The notes under the pieces: model-generated
The model's database searches: none
The model's input: only the letters and a program-made list of their open reading frames with translations
Told to the model about the DNA's origin: nothing
Part shown: piece by piece, positions 1 through 26,354 of the stretch
Layout of the letters: every line of letters begins with the position of its first letter
How positions within the stretch are numbered: the first letter of the stretch is position 1
Made by a program: the position numbers and the translations under genes
Assembly (NCBI GenBank): GCA_033442325.1
Contig: JAWQFM010000005.1
Span: forward strand, 250,564 to 314,563
Source of the DNA: Salpingoeca rosetta
Taxonomy: Eukaryota; Protista; Choanoflagellata
Direction: 5' to 3'
DNA length: 64,000 bases

Positions 1-1690
1 CATGGACACGCGCGAAGTGTCGCAGACATGGTCCCACCACTCCGCGGTGTGTGTGAGTGAGTGAGTGAGCGGGAGTGAGTGAGTGAGTGTGTGAGTGAGT
101 GTGTGTGTGCGTGTGCGTGTTCATGTGCCATCCCATTGCGTGATGTGGCCATTTGCAGTGTGTCCCTCTCCACCCCGTTCCCCCTACTGCCATACTCAGC
201 ACCTCTTGTGCGCTTGCTCGTGTCCTCACACCACTCCCAATCACCACTACCCGCATCGAAACATTCCCCCTGCCACGATGATGCTCCGCCACGTTCCAGG
301 GCCCGTGCGTGTGTGCATTTGGACCCACCAACGCCTTTGCGTCCTGCAGCAGTGCAGACGGGGTATGTGTGTGTGTGTGTGTGTCTGTATGTTCGTGCGT
401 GCGTGTAAGCGGCTGCTAATGTGTGTCTGACAGCCACGTCTCATGCTCATCGCTACCGCCAACAAGACCGCCAAGACCACCAGCACACACACACCAATAA
501 CGGCAACACCAGTGACGCCAATCCCTGTCCTGCTTTGCGTGCAGCGCGTGCTGTACTTTGCGTCGAAGGAAGCATTGCAGTCCCCAACACACACGTGGCG
601 CGAACTCCGGGGCATCCAGCTCGTGTTTTCACCAGACGAGACAAAGCTGATTGTTGCTGCGCACGACAAACGCATTCACATCTTCAACCTCTCCACATTT
701 GAAGAGGAGGCTTCCATCTCCGTACGTGCCCACACAGCGCTCTGTCGTCGAAATGTGTGTGTGTGTGTGCGTGCGTGCAAGTGTGTGCGTGCAAGTGTGT
801 GCGTGCGCGTGTGTGCGTGCGTGCAAGTGTGCGTGCAAGTGTGTGCGTGCGCGTGTGTGCGTGCAAGAGTGTGCGTGCAAGAGTGTGCCTCATCGTTTGT
901 GCGCGTGCAAGTGAATGCCTCACCACCACCACCGACCACTCCGCACCACCCGCGTTCAATTCTGCGCCCAATTATCCCAGACAAAAGGCGCCATCATGTC
1001 GCTCAAGCTCTCGGGCGATGGGAAATTCCTCCTCGTCAGCACAAAGCCGGCGGTGAGTGATGAACGCGGAATGATGAAGGAAAGGGGGGTGGGGCGGGTG
1101 AACGCAAGTCGTGCAACAACACACATAGACACACACACATAGACACACGCACACACACGCGTACACAGACACACACGCACACAGACACACACACATGCAC
1201 AGACACACAACATCTCACCCCGACATGTGTGTATGTGTGTGGCTTCGTATTTGCAGGTGGTGCAGCTGTTTGACATTGAGAAAAAGGCGCTGGTGCAAGA
1301 GTTTACGGGACACGTACAGGAACGGTTTATGATTCGATCGTGTTTTGGGCCCAAGGACAAGTTTGTCATCAGCGGCAGTGAAGGTGATGATGATGATGAT
1401 GATGATATGTGACTGCACACGACACAGAACAGACACACACACACAGAGTCAGTGATTGAGCTCACAAGCATCCTGCATTTGCTGCATGTGCTGCGTGTCT
1501 GCGTGTGCTGCGTGTGTTGCGTGTGTAGATGGGAAGGCGTACCTGTGGCACCGGGAGACGGCCCAGCGGGTGGCCAAGCTCGTTGGTCATGACGGTAAGG
1601 GCACATGGCGCTCGGAAGATGGAGGGAAGAAGGGTGGGAGGTTGGGTAGGAGGCGAAGACTCAGCCAAACAATTCAAAGACATTCACACG

Positions 1691-1728
<38 letters not shown>

Positions 1729-2115
1729 CACACACACACACCACACACGCACACAGACAGACAGACGCAGACACAGACACACACAGACACACACACACAC
1801 ACACACACACAGACAGACAGACAGACAGACACACACACATGGCTCACACTGGCTTGTTCACTGCTGTGCAGGCGCGGTGAACGACGTGTCATGGCACCCG
1901 CGCTGCCCGTATGTGGTGGTGACGGCGAGCGACGACCACAGCGTCTTCGTGTGGGGCCCGTCGCACTTCACACGCCGCGATCTCTGGCCACTGCTCAAGA
2001 ACCCCGGTCAGTCAACGCGTGTCGTGGCGTGCCGTGTGTTTGATTCAACTGTTGTGTCGCGGGTTGCTGTGGCTGTTTCGTGGTGACTGATTCATGGTTA
2101 TTTCTGCACACGTTG

Positions 2116-2181
<66 letters not shown>

Positions 2182-2725
2182 GCTTGTCGACGCTGTGCAC
2201 GATGCAGAGACACACGTGGTGTCACCCGAAACCAATGGAGAGACGGACGGGCTGTTCTCTGCCGACGACACTGGACGCAGCACGCGTGCAGTCCGTGGTG
2301 ACGAGGGTGAGGACGAGGGTGATGACGGCGGCAACACGAGCATGCTGAGCACACAGGCAGGCGCAACACAGGGGTCAACGACAAGTGTTGCGAGCGTGGG
2401 GATGGACAGCAGCGCGATTGAGGATGATGACGATGATGATGACGACGACACATATGATTACGAGGATGATGATGATGATGATGAGGATGACGACTGGCAC
2501 GACCGCCAGCTCACCTCGTCATCCTCCTCCTCCTCTGATGAAGACGGTGATGATGATGGTGATGGTGATGGTGGTGATGGCGATGGTGGCGATGGTGCGG
2601 TTGCAGGGGAGAACGATTCAGACAGCAGTGTCAACATGCCAGCTGTTTTCCGTCTCGTTGTCCGCAACTACATGCGTGAACGCGAGCGCGAGCGCGACAA
2701 CTCGTCAGATTCTGATGCCGTTTGA
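1..2725 (+). CDS. WD40-repeat protein, WDR26/GID7-like (CTLH E3 ligase subunit), 5'-truncated, with acidic C-terminal tail
   Basis: Spliced exons ~<1-46, 300-362, 546-721, 981-1052, 1257-1383, 1529-1594, 1872-2007, 2208-2725. They give WD repeats typical of the WDR26 C-terminus: IMSLKLSGDGKFLLVS, QEFTGHVQERFMIRSCFGPKDKFVISGSEDGKAYLWHRET, LVGHDGAVNDVSWHP, TASDDHSVFVW. The last exon is D/E-rich and joins in phase (KNP/E-THVV). Confidence 0.8.
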
Positions 2726-2802
2726 CGCTGATGCGATGGATATGTGCTGCTGTTGGTGGTTGCTTGTAGTTGTGTGTGTGCGTGCATTGTGACACGCATC
2801 AT

Positions 2803-2881
<79 letters not shown>

Positions 2882-3285
2882 GCTTTGGCTTGTTATTGGC
2901 TGCTCAATTTGTTATTGTGGTGTTGGTGCAATCCTGGTTGGCTTTGCTTGGGGTGTTGTTGAACGGTTCCTTTGTTGACGTGAGAATAACAGAAACCCAA
3001 TGACAGCGTCAAGGGGAAAAGGAGAGAAGCGAACGCGATATGGGAAGAGGGGAAGAAGGAGAGGGGAAGAAGGGGAAGGGGGTTGCGGTTACGCGTTAGG
3101 AAGACGAAAGCGATGGTGCACAACACCAAAATAGGGGAGGGGAGGGAAGAGACAAGGAAAAGCAAAGGGAGAACCAAGGATTATGAGTGGCATGAACGGA
3201 CCCAGCTACACACAGTGCGCAGAACAACACATTGACATGATGGAATGGAAGCGAGTGGATGGAAGGGAACGTTTGGTGTTTGGAA

Positions 3286-10792
<7,507 letters not shown>

Positions 10793-10890
10793 CTTCGTTC
10801 GTGTGGGCAGTGTCGAAATACCGTGAATGATATCCACCAATCGTCCACAACCAGAACGCAAGACGAGAGAGTGTCAGTGCGTGCATATGA

Positions 10891-14317
<3,427 letters not shown>

Positions 14318-14768
14318 TCTTTGTGTGTTCAATGTTTGTTATTGTGTGAATTGATATGCTGTTCACCACACGACAGCACGTCGTGCACTCGTGTCTTCCT
14401 CTCTCTCTCTCTCTCTCTCTCTCTTCCCCTGTCTTGCTTTGCAGTTGTATTTGTTTGAGTTGCACTTGTTTGCTCTTTTGCCGTTTGTTCATCACAGCTT
14501 GTGATGTGATGTGATTGGGCGTGATGTTGCGCCACTCTCATTTCGGTAATGGGTTGTCGTCGTCACTTGTATTGGTGTGCGTTTGGAAGCATTGCCATTT
14601 GTGCAACAGGACAATGCACGGGTCAACACTCGACAGTCCCATCCACTTTCATTCCGTCACTCGCTCCATCAAATCAATTACGCAACCCGTTGTCGCCATC
14701 CAGAAACATGTGTGGTGTTTGTGCAGGTCAGCATGTCACACACATACACATGCATACACACACACCCA

Positions 14769-14842
<74 letters not shown>

Positions 14843-15019
14843 CAAATAAGACCAACGCGACAATCCATGTGAACACGCAGTCGTATGGGATGGAGGGACA
14901 GATCACACCAACCACCGCAACAACCACCGCAACAACCACAGCAGCACAGCACCACAGCACAGCACTATCACTGCTACCACGCATTATCATCATCATCATC
15001 ATCATCATCATCATCGCCA

Positions 15020-15637
15020 TCAGGCGTCGGAGTGGGCCGTGTCCTGTTCGAGATCGAGTTGCAGTTTTGGCAGCGGGCGGTACGGCAGCAGCTGGTGCTT
15101 TTTGCTGGTGGAACGAACGCAGTGGTGGTGGTGGTTGAAATAAGGTGTTGGTTGGATGTGAGGAGAAAGCTGTCTGTGGAGCAAAGGGAATACGATGACA
15201 GGAATGCATCGGGAACATGCATTCATGCCATGACCGCATGTGCACTTTTTCATCATTCAACAACAGCAGCATGCATCATCACACAACTTGCGCGTTGCAC
15301 AACATCACCATCGCCATCGCCACACCTGTCCTCGCGGCTCATGCCTCTGAAAAAGCGGTCTGGGTTGTTGCAGTAGAAGGTGATGAGCTCTGGGATTGTC
15401 TTGAAGCACTCCGAGTCAGCAATGCGGAAGATCTGGTGGTGACGACGAAAAGGAGACGCGTGAGTGAGAATTGTTGGCTTGAAGTACGGCACAGCAACCC
15501 CAACAGACAGGAAGACCGACAGAAAGACCGACAGACCGACAGACACACACACACAGACACACAGACACACAGACACACAGACACAGACACACACAGACAC
15601 ACAGACACACACACACACACAGACACACACACACACG

Positions 15638-15670
<33 letters not shown>

Positions 15671-16564
15671 CATGTACGTACCGGTGCTTCGTGGGTAATG
15701 CGGACGTGAAAGAATATCTTCTCATCACTGACGGGGAACTTGAGTGTGATCACGTGCGAGCTGCGACCCTGGCGAACGACAAACGTGCCCGCAGGCCAGT
15801 GCCGCAGCATGTCTTCTGCCTGCTTGCGGTCGCTCTTGCCCACGTACCACGTGTACGTCTCAAGGTTGGACACCCCCTGTTGTTCGTTGTCAGCGGAAGT
15901 AGTGGTAGTGGTGGTGGTGGTAGTAGTAGCAGTGGTGGTGGTGGTCTGTGAGATGCGCGCATTGGTTACACTGGAACGACCTTGTCGTTGGCGCACAACG
16001 AAGCAGAAATACAAACAGACAGACAGACAGACAGATAGACAGACAGATAGACAGACAGAGACACAGAGAGACAGACAGAGACACACACAGAGAGAGAGAG
16101 AGACAGACAGAGACACAGAGAGACAGACAGAGACACACAGAGAGAGAGAGAGACAGACAGACAGACACACCCACACAACACACACACACACACACAACAC
16201 ACACCCACACACACACCCACACACACACACACACACACCACCCACCCCCCACACACACACACCCACACAAACACACTCACACACACACACACACACACAT
16301 ACACACACAACAGTATGAACACGGTGACAGACAGGTGCAGGTGTGAGTGATGCTGGAGGGCGAGTCAGCGCGAGATCACAGACAGCGAGATTTGCAGCCT
16401 GTGAGAAGTGGGAGAGGGCGACAGGCAGTAGGAGAATGACCGCGATTCGTACGTAGCTCAGCGGNNNNNNNNNNNNNNNNNNNNNNNNNNNNNNNNNNNN
16501 NNNNNNNNNNNNNNNNNNNNNNNNNNNNNNNNNNNNNNNNNNNNNNNNNNNNNNNNNNNNNNNN

Positions 16565-16616
<52 letters not shown>

Positions 16617-16622
16617 AACACA

Positions 16623-16681
<59 letters not shown>

Positions 16682-17539
16682 CACAGAGATGGAGCGACGC
16701 GGTGCGACGTGAGGTAGGGCAACCTGTCCAATGGAGGATGACCGCGACTTGGCCGTAAGCACGGTGCTCGATCGTTTGCGGGGGACAAACGTCGGTGGTC
16801 CTGGCAGTGAGGATGTCATGCTTGACTTGCGCGAGTGCTGTTGGTGGCTGTAGTTGCCACTGCCGTTGCTGCTGTGGCGCCGTGAATAGCTTGCCGAGGC
16901 AGTGACCGGCTCTTCGTAGATGCTGGCACGCGGATTTGGCGCGCGCTGGCCGCTTGCGCTGAGAGAAGGGCGGGACGGCCGAGGTGGTGGCACGCACTGG
17001 CTCGCCTTGCGTGACGGCGTGTGTGAGGCGGAAGGTGTGCCAGAGACGCTTGTTGGGATGGAGGATGTTGGTGGCGGAACAACTTGCTGCTGGGCTGATG
17101 GCTGCACAGGCACCTCGTACACATGCGAGTGTGTGTATGCACCTTGTTGTTGTTGTTGTTGCTGTTGTGGTTGTTGCTGCGCATGGTGTGGGCTGTGCGG
17201 CTGGTCAAAGTGCCTCAGGTTTGCACTGCTGGTGCTGGTGCGGCTGGAAGGCGGTTGGTTGTGTTGCGAGTGTTCTTGGACATGCCAGTTTGCCGACGAG
17301 GACGATGTTCGCCTGTGGTCAATCCCACCAAGCCCACGACTGCTACTGCCGATTTTGTTTTTGATGCTGTGGTGGGCACCGTTGTTGTTGTTGTTGTTGT
17401 ACATGGCGCTGCTGTTGAGCATTGCTGAAGGCGATTGCACGATGGTTCCACCAAGGGAAGGCCCAGAAGCGCGCTGGTCGTCCATGCGACCGCCCTGCGC
17501 CTTTGCCAACAGGTCGAACAGACTCTCATATGCGTCCAT
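15020..17539 (-). CDS. GoLoco (GPR) motif + SH2 domain protein; model spans an assembly gap
   Basis: N-terminus [20 protein letters not shown] matches the GoLoco consensus with its DQR triad. A long disordered exon runs 17539-16685. SH2 exons ~15877-15682 ([28 protein letters not shown]...HVITLKF...FFHVRI), ~15432-15327 ([19 protein letters not shown]) and ~15104-15020 (HQLLPY...*). Confidence 0.78.
16465..16564. other. Assembly gap (100 N)
   Basis: Run of N. Confidence 1.
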
Positions 17540-18776
17540 GATTGCGCTTCGTGCTTAAGCTGCTGCTGTTGCTGATGTTGTTGCGGGGTTTGGGTGCTGT
17601 GGATGTGTCCTGCTGGGGTGCGCTGCGTGTCTGCTGTGCAGCTCTGTGCTGTCTGCTGGTGGCTGCTTGTTCGAGTTGGCAAGCTCTCTGGTGGCGTGAA
17701 ATGGAGGAAACAGGCGGTGGTCTCCCACACAAACACACGCAAAGAAAAGTACACGTCTGCACAGCAACCAACCACTTTGACAGCAACCAACCAATGAGGA
17801 CGAGCAGAGCAGCAGCAGCAGTCGCAGGAGTACTGTGTCCTGCACGCTCGCCACCATGAGACCATGGCTGCCACCACCAACGTGCCATTCTCGCCATTGC
17901 TCCCATTCCAAAATGGCACTTTCCTTGAAGCGCTTACTGTTGCGATCAGTGGCGTTGGCGTGTGAGTCCTTCCTGTCACTTTTGACAGCGGCGTTGGTCC
18001 GGTTTTGGATGCGTTTTGCGCGATGTCGATTCGGTGCATTTCGAGCGAGAGAGACAAAGCAAAAAAACCAGACGAACAAACAGGCAAAGACGAACCAACC
18101 AACCAACCAACCAACCACAACCCTGACGGACAAATCGCATCGCCAGGAACGCAGCAGAGTTGGTGCAACCCGACAACAGCAGCGGCGTGGTGAGTGAGCG
18201 CAGCGGTGCAACCATCATCACGTCTCACCACCGATCAAACTCCATCTCAAACACAACCACACAACCACACGCGCACACAACCACTACAGAAAGTTTTGTC
18301 TGTGTTTTGTCAACCAACAAACACCCGGCTGCGCGTCCTTCCTTGTGTTGCCCACGCAGTTCTTACTCAAGAATCGCTCACTCGCACACCCGCTGTTTGC
18401 TCCGCTACTCATTCATCCACTCCCACCATCGGCCTGCACAACACCATCCAACACAACCTCCTGTTGTTTGGGGCGGATTCCATCCCCCATCCACATCCAT
18501 CCATTCATCTCCCTCCCTCCTACATACAACACGGCGTGTCGTCGGCCTCTCTTTGTTGCGTCCAACAACAACACCAACACTGTGTTCTTTGCGCTCTTGC
18601 TTTCTTTCTTTCTCTTGCTCGCCGTCCGGTTCTCTCTGTCCTTCTCCTCTCTGCTCTCCGCCATTTTTCCCCATCTCCCTTTTGTCTCCGTCTCCCGTGA
18701 TTTGTTGGATTGATTGATTCAATCTCTTGATTCTCGTTGCAACCGTTGCCGTCCACGTCTCCATCCTCCCCCGCAT

Positions 18777-23105
<4,329 letters not shown>

Positions 23106-23174
23106 TGCCGCCATCCCGACGCAGCTGCCGCATCACCTTCTGCACCCACAGCCGCATCCGCTGCTCTTGCTCCT

Positions 23175-23222
<48 letters not shown>

Positions 23223-23499
23223 GGAGTGAGCAAGCTGTCGATGAGCGAAGGTGTGGTGTGCAGAAACAGCTGCTGGCGCTGTGTGCATGAGCCAAGTATT
23301 GGGCTGTCTGCTATTGTTTGGTAGTCGCTGTAAACGACCATGCCATGGTTGCGGGTGTTGGCCCCATTCTTTTCTTTCTTCCTTTCTTCCTTTCTTTCGT
23401 CTTGTGTCCGCTTCGGTCGCTGTAGCTTGTTGGGTGCATCAACACCCCCATCATCCATCTTCTTTGCATTCGTTCTTTCCTCTTGCGTCCATGTGTTCA

Positions 23500-24395
23500 T
23501 CATTCCGTCTTCCCGGTGTCACAGCCTTTCACACCACGATGCATTGACCCCCTGTTGCTGCTATTTTGTTCCTGAGTAGTAATGCCATTGTCCCCCCTCC
23601 CTTCTGTTCTCGCTGCTGCTGTGTCAACGAATATACGGAATGGTGCAACTGCGCCTTCGTATGGCTGATGGTGTTGCTGGGGCTGATGGTGTTGCTGTCG
23701 CGGTGGTGTCTTGTCGCACGCAAGCGAGCACAGGACACATGTACACAGGTAATTGGACACACACACACAGACACGCAGACACACAGACACACACAGACAC
23801 ACAGACACACACGCACACAGACACAGACACAGACACACAGACACAGACACACACACACACACACGCACACGCACACACATACCTGGTCCTGTCGGATGCG
23901 TGCGTCCATGACCTCAGCGCTCACGGGCGATTCTTCAACCTTTGGTTCAATGGCACTGGCACTGGCCTTGCCGTGTGCTTTGGCTTGCTTGGCGCCTGGC
24001 GATGCTTCTGTGTTGGGGTATGGCGTGCACGCACCAGAATGTGCGCAAGGCCGCCGCAAAGCCGCGCGGTGTGAGGATGAAGGGAGTGACATTGAAGCAG
24101 GGAGAGACGATGGGCAAGGTAAAGGGACAAGGGACGAGGGACAAATCAGTGTCATATACGAACAAACGAACAAACAAACAAACAAACAAACAAACAAACA
24201 AACAAACAAACAAACAAACAAACAAACAAACAAACAAACAAACAAACAAACAAAACAAACAAACAAACAAAACAAACAAACACACACACACGATACTTGA
24301 TTCATCAACAGCCCAGTGATCACGCCTCACCTGCTCTTGCTGCACGTCGCTTTGCATTTCGTCCGGGCGACTGCTGCTGCTGCTGCTGCTGCTGC

Positions 24396-24449
<54 letters not shown>

Positions 24450-25188
24450 TGTTGTTGTTCGTTGTTGTGCCTTGTGTTGTGGCGGTGGGTCGGGTTGGCG
24501 TACCATGCGAGAGTTGACTATGACGGGGATGGCCGTTGAGAATGTTGTTATGGAGGTCGCAACAGCCGGGGTGCCGTTGCCTGTTCTTTGTCCAGCCGAA
24601 GATGGCGAAGGCTTGCCGTGTTGCACAGCATGCTGTCGTGGAGGTGTGGATATCGCGGAAGGCAAAGGCACAGCGACATGAGTTGGGTCGTGTGCTTGCG
24701 GTTGTTGTTGGTGTTGGTGTTGTTGGTGTTGGTGTTGTTGGTGTTGTTGTTGCTGCTGCTGCACAGTTGCTTGGTAGACGACTGGCGGCGTTGCTGTAGG
24801 TGGTAGCAACGACGTGGTCGTAGCGGCCATCGCCTCTGCAGGCGGCAATGGAGGCTGTGGCGCTGTGGCGACGATGTGCACGACCGGAGCGTGCTGTTGC
24901 TCGCTCTCCTTCTTGTGCTTCTTGTGCTTCTTGCTCTTTTTCTTGGTCCTGCTGCTGGACTTTGCGTCCTTGTCTGTCGCTCCAGCAGCCGCTGTTGTGG
25001 CTGACTCATCATCAACATCCGTCTGCTGCTTCTTCTTCGTCTTCTTCTTTTCGTGCTTGTCTTGCTTCTTCTTTTCCTTCTTCTCCATCTTCTTGTTCTT
25101 CTTCACATCACCCTTCTTCTGCTTCAGCTCCGTTTCCGTCTTCTTCTCCTTCTTCTTCTTCTTTCTGGGCTTTGGACTTTGTTGTTGC

Positions 25189-25234
<46 letters not shown>

Positions 25235-25814
25235 GCTGCTGCTGTTGTTGTTGTTTTGGATTCGCGGCAGCGCTGGCATGCGTGCTAGCTGCACTTGCGC
25301 TGGGTGCAGATGTGTTGTGCATGAGGCGCACCCGTAGGACGACCATGTGCGCCTCTGGCTTGAGCTGCGTTGCGCCCTGGAAGAATTTGTACGCTTTTGA
25401 TGCGGGCCAAGGTGCAAGGTCTGGGTAGATGACGAGGTGGTCGTGGCGCAGTGGCTGCTGGAAGTGGGTTGCGAACCCCGCCACAACCAGCTCATGCAGC
25501 TCCTGCTGCAGTGCGAGCGTGCTTGCCACGGTGCCAAAGTCCTGTTCCCTGTACATTTGCCGCCAGGCAGCCAATGAGTGGAAGCGTGTCCGCGTGAGTG
25601 GGTGAGTGAGTGAGTGAGTAGGTGAGTGAGTGAGTGAGTAGGTGAGTGAGTAGGTGAGTGAGTGAGTGAGGTTTGTAATGTGTGTGCACGGATGTTGTCG
25701 TGATGCGTGTACATGGCCACATCCGAGTGCACAGTGCATGAACGATCTTGTGCAAGTCAGAGTGCGTGCATATGTGTGTGTGTGCGATGCAAAGCCGAAG
25801 GTCTGCAAACACAT

Positions 25815-25853
<39 letters not shown>

Positions 25854-25999
25854 GCTTCCTCATTTCTCGCCGTCCCCATCACTGACCTGACAAAGGCAAT
25901 GGACATCTTGACGAGCTGGTTGCCGTGCACCAGCAGCCGTGGACGCACCAGCTCCCTCAGGGCATCATCTTCATCACCACCTCCAGCGTTTCCCGCCAT
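23500..25999 (-). CDS. MAJIN-domain protein (meiotic telomere-attachment MAJIN-like) with Lys-rich region; contains an apparent 1-nt frameshift at 24460
   Basis: Exons 25999-25887, 25548-24331, 24007-23883, 23709-23500. Spliced N-terminus: VRPRLLVHGNQLVKMSIAFVREQDFGTVASTLALQQELHELVVAGFATHFQQPLRHDHLVIYPDLAPWPASKAYKFFQGATQLKPEAHMVVLRVRL. It aligns with one gap to the human MAJIN N-terminal domain as recalled from memory. Confidence 0.75.
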
Positions 26000-26317
26000 C
26001 CTCAAGTGCAGTGCTTGAGTGTGAGTGTGTGAGTGTGTGTGTGTGTGTGTGTGGTGCGAATGCTGAATGTGAAAGTGAGCGACTGCCGATGTTTGGGGGT
26101 GCTGTTGTTTCTGCTGCTGCTGACGTATTGAGACGGCTGCACAGGCAAGTTCCCGCCTTTGGATCGTGGGTTTGTTCACGACAGCTGGTGCTGCTGGTGC
26201 TGCTGGTGCTGCTGGTGCAAACACACAGACACAAACACACTCGCACAACAAACAAGCAACTGCCAGCCAGCTCTGTTTGTTCTCGCTTTGCCTCTCTTTT
26301 GTCTTGCTTGCTTGTCC

Positions 26318-26354
26318 TTCCCGCCAAAAACGGCCAGTGCGCCGCCGGTTCAAA
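26318..26354. promoter_or_regulatory. Candidate E2F (TTCCCGCCAAA) + MYB-like (AACGG) + CHR (TTCAAA, TTTGAA on minus) cluster upstream of the MAJIN-like gene
   Basis: Motifs at 26318-26328, 26329-26333 and 26349-26354, ~320-355 bp upstream of the ATG at 25999. Confidence 0.4.

Noticed and set aside
24327-24360. CKATCSKS read as a zinc-finger fragment in the 507-aa ORF
   Set aside because: It lies in the shifted frame after C24460; the splice-compatible frame reads RNAKRRAARA.
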